Shown: one piece after another, positions 27,200 to 37,780 of the stretch
How positions within the stretch are numbered: the stretch's first letter is position 1
How the letters are laid out: every line of letters begins with the position of its first letter
DNA from: Takakia lepidozioides
Taxonomy: Eukaryota; Plantae; Bryophyta
DNA: 64,000 nucleotides
Direction: 5' to 3'
NCBI GenBank assembly: GCA_030704615.1
Contig: CM060732.1
Location: 23,622,001 to 23,686,000 of the forward strand
The notes under the pieces: model-generated
Told to the model about the DNA's origin: nothing
Databases searched by the model: none
Seen by the model: the letters and a program-made list of their open reading frames with translations, nothing else
Translations under genes and position numbers: made by a program

Positions 27200-27975
27200 G
27201 TTATGATCTTGTAAGAGACATTGAGAAGAGTAATTGGGCGATAATTAGAGATACTGGTTCTATCCCCCTCCTTCCTATAAGATGAAATTGGCCATTGCGC
27301 GGAAATCTTGGGATATGACTGACCACAAAGCCTACTAGGATGCTTGGGGATTTCCCATTTTGCATTTTGGAGAGAATGTCTTCTAGTTCCATGTTTGTAA
27401 GTTGTCCTTGGAGGAACCCTGACAGGTCAAGGGTGAGAAGAGTTGGGGTATCCAGAAGGCATAAACGCTGAAGTTGTGATGGGTGCGTTTCCCCCAAAGT
27501 GTCAATGCTGAAGAGGGCTCGGAAGTGCTGGCTGGCCAGACCTGTGAGATGTTTTGGGGGATTTGGCTGAGAAGCCACAAGATGAGTCAACTAGTTCAGT
27601 AATATTTCGAGAGGTTCTATGGAGTTTTGTCACGTCAAAGAAATATTTCATCATTTTCTCTCCCTTTGTTGACCAATTGATACCTGCTTGAACCTTGAGT
27701 TTTTGCTCTAGAAGAGATTTAAGTTTTTCTTGGCCCCCATGTAGGTGAGGAAGGTGTGGTCATCGCATCTGGGTGACTCTATTCTAACCTGGCAAACCCT
27801 AAGGCATTTAGTGAGAGCTTTGACCTTCCTGGTCCGAGCCTCCGCAAGGGCTTTCATTTTCTAGGCTGCTATGCTGACGGCCTCTAGTTTGGTTGCAAAC
27901 CTTTCAGAAGAGTTCGGGTCAAATGACCCAGCCTGTGACCAGGCTAACCGGAGACCCTGCTTGAAACAAGGGATC
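27200..27975 (-). pseudogene. L1 LINE ORF2 fragment
   Basis: ELEDILSKMQNGKSP precedes the RT domain in L1 elements. Confidence 0.55.
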
Positions 27976-28004
27976 TTAGGCCGGGTTTAGACACAGGCCA
28001 TGAT

Positions 28005-30447
28005 ATGAGCGGCATATATTCTCGAGCCTACATTCATTTTGGCACTCACGACCATCATGTGTCTCACGGCGATTGCATAGATAGTGTGGAGTTGGCGCGT
28101 GGGCTTGTCGTGGAGGAGTTTGCAAAGTCCCCTTCAGCCAAACCATCTGCCATAGCACTGGCTGCCAGCAAAAGTTTCCTAGAGAGGCACATTCTGGGGC
28201 AAGGAAGGGAATCCAGCTCAAGACTTGAGGGGGCGTCTTTGGATGCAGTGATGGATCACTTCTCCGTGTTGAGCTCCCCCAATATTAAGAATCAGGTGAA
28301 TGCATTGAGAGTGTGCGGTGGAAACACAGGGTCCATCGACAGCATTATGGAGCTCAAGCGAATAAGTCAATATGACTTTATCCAATCTAGCGTCTTCCCG
28401 GGTCAGGGGTCTTCAAAGGTTTACTTGTTCAAGATGTCTACGGTGGGCGAGGGCAGTGGCGTCAGCCTGGCCAGACGTATGCAACCAGGGGGGGATCTGG
28501 AGAAAGCCTGGATGATGTTCGATCATAGTAAACGAGTGACGGGTTGGACAACCATGTCTTGCCATGTTTACGACCCGAACTACCAAAGAATAATGACAAT
28601 TGCCATCTGTGACATGCAGTCTGAAGATACAGAGTCCCAGATGATAATGTGGAATTATTTGCTTTCAGTCATGGAGTCCAATGGACATACAGGCATAAAT
28701 TTCAACGGGTTTATGGCGGATAGTGCATAGGCTAACTTCAACGCTGTGCGCCGAGTTTTTGGATCTGGTGATCCAAAGGTACCCATGCCTAATAGGGAGC
28801 GCACATGTCTATTCCACTGGACTCAGTTCCTGCAGAAACATACGAAGAGGTGCATCAGAAGAGATCTGCAGGCGGAGCACATGAGGCTCTGCTTCATGTA
28901 CAAGAATGCGACTACAATGGAAGAGGCTGAGACCATGTACCAGACAGTGAGAGCATGGTGGTTCTCGTCAGGGGCTACTGATCAGGACGGTGTTAAAGAA
29001 TTGGAAAACTGGTTGGTCTTCTGGCACTTCAGATACAGGCAATGGGGGGCTTTCATGACTACTGTAAGCTGCCTTTCACCTCTGCAATCCCTTGTATGTG
29101 CCCAGTTTCTTTCCTTGTTCCCAGAATAGTCCACGCTTACATGAATGACGCTCTTTCATTTTCCTTTCACAGGACATGTCCCTTGAGAACATTGCGGACA
29201 TGTCGTCCTGCAACCTGGCAGAAAGCGTTCACGCCGCCTGGAAGCAGCAATCTGGCAAAGCAGGAAGAGATCTGTACATTGCTACAACAGATGATCTGGT
29301 ACGAGCTCTAACCCAACAAACAAGATATCATGACTTCCTTAGGGGGCGATGTGGGGGCAAGGAACCAGATACAGTAGAGTTGATGCTGAGGGCTGCAAGA
29401 ATGTCCGGGGATCCAACGAAGATGGCAAAGGCAATGAACAGGTGCACAATGGGCTCGCCTCTCCAATCAAGGGAGCCCCATCTGGAAGGAGAGGAAAGGT
29501 TTGGGACTTGCAAACGCAAGCTAAATACACCTCCAGGATCAGATGGGGATTCACATCGCCATGACAGAGACAACTTTTCTGTACCCAAGATTTCTCCACT
29601 ACAAAGCATGGCGTCCAGTAGGAAAGAGGCTGCTGGTGCATCTTCTTCCACAGAGACCTATCCTCTACCTGCAACCCCTGTAATTGCGGGTTTCCAGCAG
29701 GACCACATGGGGGCAATGCAGGAGTCACCTTATGCTGACTCCGAATGGCACATCGAGTGAACTACTCCAGGGTCTAGAGTTGGCTGCGCTGCTGTGAGGG
29801 CCATTAGTTATAAAAAATGTACGTCCAAGATAGCCAAAGGCTCAGCGGGTACTCCAGCTCTGACGTTCACAGGTTTGATTCGGCCATATATGTCAAAGGA
29901 GTCGAAGACGCACAAATTCTGGTTCTGCCCGAACGATATGGCTCGCTGTGTGAATGGTACCGTCCGCGACTCCTGCATTGCTAAGCCTCCCCCACCCACC
30001 ATTTGGCCAGTGCGGCTGGGAACCTCCCTAACAACACTGGAGATTGGTGGCTTTCGTCTGCACCGATCTGTGGCGTCGACTCTGGTGGCCTTACTGCTAT
30101 GGTGCCTCCTCCAGACGATACTTCGCATCCCACGATAAGGAATGACAAACAGTGCATTGGGTGGCTTCGGGGCCTGATCACGATGCGAAGGTGGAATCGG
30201 CCAGACTACTCAGGCTCGGGTAACAGGAACTATGGAAGTACCTTCACCTGGGTATGGACGGGTTTATACTTTGGTCACATTTGGGTCTGTTTTGCACGAC
30301 AGGGCCTATCAGGTGACGATGGGAAATTTTCCGGGGTGTAGCTGTCCCGACTTCGTGTGCATGCGTGAGGAAGCTCTAGGAAAGAGAGGGAAATGGGTTC
30401 CATGCAAGCATCTTTACTACATCTGTTTTGCGCATGATGTATTGTGA
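28005..30447 (+). pseudogene. MULE-type DDE transposase with SWIM zinc finger
   Basis: HDH (end of a WRKY/FAR1-like finger); D1 MFDH (28521); D2 FMADSA (28719); CLFH (28806); NLAESVH (E at 29221); GT-AG intron 29064-29172; SWIM CSCPDF..CKH (30337-30411); stops at 28728 and 29758. Confidence 0.82.
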
Positions 30448-30539
30448 TCCCAAAAGAGACCAAGTCATTCACCAGGCGCCACTAGGTCCTGGTGAGGTAC
30501 GGACACTTTTGCAGCGAGACATTGGCAATATCGAGTAGT

Positions 30540-31760
30540 GTTTTTTTTCCACTTCTTCTTGAATAATAGGCACCTGAACAAGTTTCACAATGACAGCTCA
30601 TTTGTTTTCCACGTCCTCTATACAAACAAACCCTAAATAAGCATTCATGATGACCATATGATTTTTTTTTCACCTCTTCTTCAATAATAGAAACCTGAAG
30701 AAGTTTGACAATGATAGAGCTCAAGTTTTTTTTCCCCCTCTTCTTCATAAACAATCCCTAATTTATTCATGATGACCATCTGATTTTTTTTTCACCTCTT
30801 TTTCATCAACGGAAACCTGAACAAGATTGACAATGATAGAGCTCAATTTTTTTCACCTCTTCTTCACAAACAAACCCTAAATAAGCATTCATGATGACCA
30901 TCTGGTTTTTTTTCACCTCTTCTTCAATAACAGAAACCTGAAGAAGTTTGACAATGGTAGAGCTCAAGTTTTTTTTCACCTCTTCTTCACAAACAAACCC
31001 TAAATAAGCATTCATGATGACCATCTAATATTTTTTTCACCTCTTCTTCAATAACAGAAACCTTAACAAGTTTGAGAATGAGAGCTCAATTTTTTCACCT
31101 CTTCTTCACAAACAAACTCTAAATAAACATTCATAATGACCATCTGATTTCTTTTTTCACCTCTTCTTCAATAACAGAAACCTGAACAAGTTTGATAATG
31201 ATAGAGCTTAACTTTTTTTTTCACCTCTTCTTTAATAACAGAATCCTAAACAAGTTTCACAATGATAGCTCAATGTTTTTTTTTTACCTCTTCTTCACAA
31301 AGACACCCTAAATAAGCAATCACAATGACCATGTCTTTTTTTTTCACCTCATCTTCAATAACACAAACTTGAACAAGTTCCACAATAAACCGCTCATTTT
31401 ATTACACATCTTCTTCACAAACAAAGCCTAAATAAGCTTGAAGATGGTCATCTGTTAAATTTTCACCTCATCTACATTAATAAAAACCATTGCCTGTTTC
31501 ACAATGAGTGGTCATATTTTGGGGCCTGTTCTTGCCCATCCTCATTATTTTAAACCTCTCCTTCAATATTTCATCCATCCACCATGGATGAAATACTGGA
31601 AACGTCAGATAGCTTGACAATGAGCATCCAAACTTTTCTTGCCTCTGTTCATGCAAGAATCCCTAAGTAAGATTCATGATGACTCACCCAGCCTTTTTTT
31701 TCACCTCTTCTTCAATAAGAAAACCTCATTAAGTTTCACAATGACCATTCCATTCTTTCT
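30540..31760. repeat. Tandem array of alternating ~60-bp monomers (~120-bp dimer)
   Basis: Recurrent TTTTTCACCTCTTCTTCA followed alternately by ATAACAGAAACCTGAACAAG and CAAACAAACCCTAAATAAGC; decays toward 31760. Confidence 0.92.
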
Positions 31761-31938
31761 ATACCTCTTTTTTTAAGCGCTATAACTGCTTCCACAATAA
31801 TAGGACCCTATCTAAACAGAGGACTCGGGTATGGGACCTGCTTCTTCCTCCACTAAACCCCTGGGCTCACGCTTAGAGGGCAAATCGTGAGCCGAGCTCC
31901 TGGGCTCACACGGCTAGGCTCACGCCGTAGCTGCACTC

Positions 31939-33068
31939 CTTCCTTGACAAGCTTGAAAAAAAACAAGAATGCCAAACAATGTGACACTTAGTTCCGAATG
32001 CATAAGAGCCGACAAGTGGCTGCATGCTTGTGGTGGGACAAAAAAAGAGTTTTCATGGCTCGGCTTGCATCGGGCCCCAACTCTCCTGTGAATGTCAAGT
32101 GGTTTGTGGGCAACCAGCGGGTTTTGGTCCCTTCTGTGCCAATGCATGTCCAGTACCAGACGTATATGCGTGGGGTGGACGTCCAAGATCAGCTCAGGGG
32201 AGCTTATAGTTGCAGCTGAAGTGGCATGGGGGGGGAGTGCATGGCTGCTTGGGTGGGGGGGGGGAAGGATTGTCTGTTGTGGCAGATTAGGGGGTTTGAT
32301 CCCCCCTCAGTTCGGGTTCATGTCATGCTTCCAGGGAAGAAGAAGGCCATTGCAGCTTGGCAGTTGCCCCGGGTTGATGAAGGGCGAAGCCACCATTGTC
32401 GTGCCGGGCGATTTTTACCTTTGGGGGCAACCCACCCCATCGCTCGGTTTTCCAGTGACGTGGCCCAAAACATCCCGCAGGCAGGAGGCCCGCTTTGCCG
32501 ATGGCCAGGAAATCCATTCTTTTCCCCATCCATGTATGAATCCAAATCCAAATCCAATTTTTTTTGGCAAAGGCCTTTGCAAGGGAGTGCTGCATAGATG
32601 GACCGTTGGAATTTCTTGGCAAGTCCCTATTTCAGGGCATTTGGAAGCCCTGAGCTGACCAGAGCAACTTGGAATGAATTTTACCCTCCTTGCTTCACAT
32701 ACTTTAGCACCCCCCCTCTAATTTTGTGGGTTCAGGCCCATTTTTGCAAGGAGTACTCCTTCACTGGCCCAAATTCAGAATTTGGAACCCATTCACTCAG
32801 GAAAAATCTGGAAAATGCCAATTTGGCATGGTCAAACCCATTTTTGTCACTTGGTTTTTTGCATTTTCATAATTTAGGCCTTTTTATTTTGTTATAATCT
32901 CCCAAATACAACGGTCAAAAGTTTGCCATGTCATTCATGATGTCAGTAGGGATGCACGTGTACGGTTCATCCACGTGGATGTCAGTGGTTAGGTAGTTAC
33001 AGCGATTTTAGAGAGGGTATATACCTGTTTTGTCAAAAAGTCCAAAAAGTTAGCTCGTCTTGTAGGGG
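31939..33068 (+). mobile_element. piggyBac element remnant with transposase fragment
   Basis: WWDKKRV..P..YQTYMRGVDVQDQLRGAY (~32030-32210) matches the piggyBac YNxxMGGVDxxDQ motif; ends GGGG followed by TTAA (33069-33072). Confidence 0.75.
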
Positions 33069-34133
33069 TTAAGAAGGGAGGTGTTGAGCTTATAGATGCC
33101 TCTGCCTGGAGATTGAATGTTGGGAATGGTCAATGAACTGTTCCGTTTTAGAAAGGAAAAAAGATGAAAAAAACAAAGAAACTATAATATTATTTTATAA
33201 CAGAGTTATTGAATTATTCAATTTCTTGACTCGATTATATTAGAATTCATAACCAACGGGTCAACTGATGGATGGATGACAGTAGGCATGAGGTTTGGAT
33301 GGATGATACTTCGGATGGAAGTATGAAAAAGGATCCGTTGTGGGTGCGTCGTCTCTTCCCCCTTCTTCTGCCTTTGTTTCGGCTTTGCTCGAGGCTTTAG
33401 ATGCTGGGAGTGCTGTGTGAAGAGGCTTTCCAATAAAAGCTTGATTTCAGGTAGACTTGCCCCTTCCCTCTCTACAATCCAAAAAGAAAAAAGAGAGATA
33501 ACATAAGTTGCAGTTTGTCTCACAATGGGCCACATTGAGGAAAGGATGCAAACTTGTCTTTCACAGGAATACCCCTTGCAGTGAAAAAAGGCTGGGGGAG
33601 GACAGTAGCTACAAGACCGCTTTTCACATGAGGAAAACTTTGATAATACTCTGTGATTGCAACCCTTGCACAGCCCTCGCTGGATGCAACACCCACTTCT
33701 AATACAACGGGAGACCATCTCAGGGTGCTGATCTCAGCATCATTCATTGAACCTTGAAATTCTCCATCAAGTATACAAGCTGAACACAGTCACGACCAAA
33801 AATCTCTATACACTTAAGCCAGCTGATATACCATGGCAAAGAAAAATTCGAGGATTCCATGACTGTACATGGGGGACCTCTCTCAGCCAGCTTCTGCTCT
33901 GAGGAGTGAAGAGGAGGGGTCTGCACCCCCAATGATCTCAAGCAGGCGAATGAAAGCGATGTGAGCACTTTTCCTGTTCCCTTCACAGGGTTTTGCTTCC
34001 CTAGCATGTTGGAGGGAGGGTTCACTATATGAAATCAACAGTTTGCTCCATTCGCGATTTCATGACAGCCAAATGACAACCAACACATCTACTGAATCGT
34101 GATAAGCAAACGCTGATTGATCATACTGTAGAA

Positions 34134-35921
34134 TCAATGGGCAGAGTAAGACGGCGAGTAAACTGTGAATGAGTAGAGGCCAGCTGCTGTCCCACAGGTT
34201 AACAGCAATGCCACCATCCATGCCAAAACAAAGACTGGCAGCAGCCTCCAGTTCACGTTCTCCCTGCTATCTGCAAGACCAACCCCAAAGATGGATCCAA
34301 TGAGAATATGTGTTGTTGAAACTGGGAGATGCACTTTGGTCGCCAACAAGCCCGTGGTCACTGCACACAATTGTGCACAGAAACCCCTTGACGGAGACAT
34401 ATATGTAATGCGACCCCCCAGGCACCGGACTAGTTTCCAGCCCCAGAATGCAAAGCCCAGAGAGACTCCAGCACCCCCAAAAGCCAACAGCCATGTTGGA
34501 ACAAGTTGTGCTTCCAGCTCATGGTGGTGCTGGTAGAGCTGGAAAAGAGCTGCACAGGGAGCCAATGCTGTTGCCACGTCATTTGACCCATGCAAAAATG
34601 CGGCCGCACATGCCGTTAGGATCTGAAGGAAGCTGAAAAGTTCTTCAGCTCGGTGGTCAAACTTCTCTGCCAGAGCATGCCGTATGAGTGTACGCTGGTC
34701 ATAGTCTATTTTATTGTCAATAGTAGATGATTTCAATCTCTGAAAGGAGCGCACAACTTTCCCCCATGGTGTTAACTTTCTCGGCCGCTGTATGCGCCTA
34801 AAAGCCGTGAGCCGGTTTGGGGTCTGTTTTAGCAGCTGCCCAAATGAGATCTTCGGCCCACACGCAGGGCTACACTTCACCACAGCCTTTGGGCTTGACT
34901 CACTTTCATCTTCATCATCTCCCTCATACACGGTCTCCAGCACATGCCGCTCTGTGTACTCCTTGATGAGCTCATCCGCAGTTTTCTCTGGAGGTGTGGA
35001 GTCGTCCGGAATATCTACCTTCAAGTCTTTCCCTTGGCTATCTACTGAATCGGTAGTACTGCTTTCTGGTGTACTGCGTTCTGGTGATGTCTTTGGTTCA
35101 CTCTTCCTGCTCCCCGCAAAGCACCCAAGTCGCTTGGAGGCAAGTGGCACCACTATCAGGTAGGCGAGAACACTTGCACCGATGCCTGAAAGTCCAGCAA
35201 CGAGGGATGCCCTGGCTGATCCAATGCTCTGGAGTGATACTTCACGTGGTGATCCCCTGTAAATGATGGAAAAAATAACTATCATGACTGTAACACCATA
35301 CAACACTGGCATGGCTCTCAATGTCCGAATCTCTGAATCAAGTGACCTTAGTAGTGCCTGTTTTGCAAACGAAAACAAAAGAAAGGATGCTACCCCGGCT
35401 ATTAGAGGGGCAATGATCCAGGATAAGATTATCCCTGTGACACCACCCATGTGCAACCACGAGTCAGACTTGTTCCAATAGATAGAGTGGACACCTTGAG
35501 CAGCAAGACATACACCAATGATGGCTCCCCAGATAGACAGGGTGGATGACACTGGAAGCTCCCAACATGTTGAAATGGCTAGCCATAATGTTGCCGCTAT
35601 AAGTGCAATGAAGAGCCCCCACATCAATAGTGCTTTATCTGCAGGAGGATCTCGAATTACATCGGATTGGAGAGTGTCTATAATTCGGTTTCCCATTAAG
35701 ACTGCCCCTGTGATCTCCATAGTCGCTGCTATGATGGCTGCCTGCAGCATTGTCAAGGCTCCAGACCCCACCGATGTGCCAAAGGAGACGGCGACATCGT
35801 TGGCACCAATCATGAACGACCAGGCAAAGGCAACAAGACCCCCGGCAATAGGAATCCATCGGTATTGAGGCAACCAAGTCGCTGCAGCAGACAAAGGAGA
35901 TGATACTGCGCTTCCAGACAT
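34134..35921 (-). CDS. PTB: PiT/PHO4 (SLC20)-family phosphate transporter, PTB-like
   Basis: Intact 595-aa ORF; GANDVA and HGSNDVA signatures; PVSST/PVSTTH; two hydrophobic halves joined by a long hydrophilic loop; no transit peptide evident. Confidence 0.92.
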   Translation of the reverse strand: MSGSAVSSPLSAAATWLPQYRWIPIAGGLVAFAWSFMIGANDVAVSFGTSVGSGALTMLQAAIIAATMEITGAVLMGNRIIDTLQSDVIRDPPADKALLMWGLFIALIAATLWLAISTCWELPVSSTLSIWGAIIGVCLAAQGVHSIYWNKSDSWLHMGGVTGIILSWIIAPLIAGVASFLLFSFAKQALLRSLDSEIRTLRAMPVLYGVTVMIVIFSIIYRGSPREVSLQSIGSARASLVAGLSGIGASVLAYLIVVPLASKRLGCFAGSRKSEPKTSPERSTPESSTTDSVDSQGKDLKVDIPDDSTPPEKTADELIKEYTERHVLETVYEGDDEDESESSPKAVVKCSPACGPKISFGQLLKQTPNRLTAFRRIQRPRKLTPWGKVVRSFQRLKSSTIDNKIDYDQRTLIRHALAEKFDHRAEELFSFLQILTACAAAFLHGSNDVATALAPCAALFQLYQHHHELEAQLVPTWLLAFGGAGVSLGFAFWGWKLVRCLGGRITYMSPSRGFCAQLCAVTTGLLATKVHLPVSTTHILIGSIFGVGLADSRENVNWRLLPVFVLAWMVALLLTCGTAAGLYSFTVYSPSYSAH

Positions 35922-37780
35922 TTGCTATGATCGCAAAACCTCCAAACCAAAATCTCCAGCTGCACTGACTGTCCTGTGCAACCCTCCGCCCTGTCTCTCA
36001 GCAGTAAATTCCACCTGACTTCCTTCAGATTGAAAATGCCGGGGTATGTTTCGCTGACGACTTGCCTAAACCTCGACACCTAATTGCAAACCCAACACAT
36101 TGAACGCAATGCCAACTGATCCTGTTGCTTTCGGCTCCAATACAACCAGCAGACGGAATCCGAGAAACAATTCTCAGTTGAGTACTATCCTCCTGCCGGA
36201 ACTCTTCAATCCCTGGCAACCCTCTTTTATACAATAGTAACCTGTGCCCAAACTCACCTGAACTCCCCCGCGAACCCTGCATCGGCAGGTTTCAAAGATC
36301 CATGGAGGCCACTGGATCTCTACATTTTTCATGCTGAGAACGGAGAACGCCACTACACACCTTGCCAGCAAAGTCCAGCTTCTTCTTGATTAGGCGCACG
36401 AAGCTGTTATTATTTCACATAAGACGGTCTATACACACTGATTATAATCACCTTACGACCAGATGTCTGGGTCCAAGGTGCATCCTCCAAGAAAAGTCCG
36501 CTCTCAAACTCACCTTCAAGAATTACATATCTCAAAGCTCAAGAAGATGCCAAATGGTTCAGCGCCTGCAGGGAAACTCATCAGAACTGCCGTGGGGCAT
36601 GCCGAGCTTATACCTTTCATCCGCAGCACAACTCCTCCCGTGTTCAAGCATGACGCATTCCCGTCTACCTGCTGTCCAGAGTACCATAATGGTTTAGCAC
36701 AAGTTGGGGATCTCCCTGATCACAGGCACTTCAAACGAACAAGAAGAAGCTTCTCTCTACCTGTTCTTCTCACAGTACCACAATTTCGCACAATATGCAA
36801 GACCCACACAAGAAGTTTCTCTTAACCTGCTGCACAGAAAACCACAATTCTGCAGAACTGCAAGAACCCACACAGACTGGCCAGAGTACGGCAATTTGCA
36901 AATCCTGTGAGACCCTTTAAAACTCTACCTGCTGTCCACAGTTTGCTCCAATTTTGCATGCCTGGTCAGACCCAGAACAGAAGAAATGTCAGGAAAAGGA
37001 AGAGCAAGACTAGTGTTAGGTAGTCTCCGTGTGCTGACAGACCACCTCATCAAGACCCACACGACTCGGCCCTCACAGACAGGAGCTCCAAAACAAACAT
37101 GTCAGAGTTTTTGGTGAAAGAGACAGAGAGATGGAAACAACAACGGAAAGACACAAACAGACACATGTACTTACACACTGTTCACAATAGAGTCCTGGGA
37201 TCCAATCCAATAATGATGCTGATGATGGTGGTTTTTGTAATATGTATATATGTGTGTGTGTATATATAGTTTTTCTGCCAATTCCGGAGTTGAAGTCCTC
37301 CTTGAAAGGATCTTGCTATTGTAATGGGCCGGTCGAAATAGTCAGCAAACATGCATGCACTATTTTTACGCGGACGCGGAATGACCATGGAAAATTAGCT
37401 TAGCTTAGTTTGCTGTATTTAGTCCTCCGGAACTGTGTCAAGTAACATGTTTGCAAGGTTTTGCAATTGACTGACCGACGACTAATCAAATCATTCCTTG
37501 TCTGCAACTTTAGTCAATGCAGTGGGTATCATTTGTCCCAAATGTTTTGATGGGAGTCTTTGGTACGTGAAGATGATCAAGATGCTTGCGACGTCTTAGT
37601 AGAGAGAGCCATGGGGGAGGTTGTCCATTGGAACCCCAGCTTTCGTCCCTTCATTCCACTTTTGAGACAAGGCACTTTTGATGCACCATCTTTGGAAAGT
37701 ATTTTTGGTTAAAATAATTTTTGAAAGGGACGGAGGCCCAATGCATTAAGAAGGCGTGGAAAATATGACCAGTTATTGTT

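Larger units (their letters stand above)
27976..31938 (+). mobile_element. Mutator-like (MULE) element, 5'-truncated, right terminus retained
   Basis: Transposase pseudogene, tandem array, GCTCAC subterminal repeats; ends ..GCTCACGCCGTAGCTGCACTC. Confidence 0.75.

Noticed and set aside
30482-31024. Minus-strand ORFs with repeated EEEVKK
   Set aside because: Translation of the tandem array
30540-31760. CRISPR-like look of the regularly spaced CACCTCTTCTTCA core
   Set aside because: The intervening sequences are themselves repeated, there are no cas genes, and the context is eukaryotic
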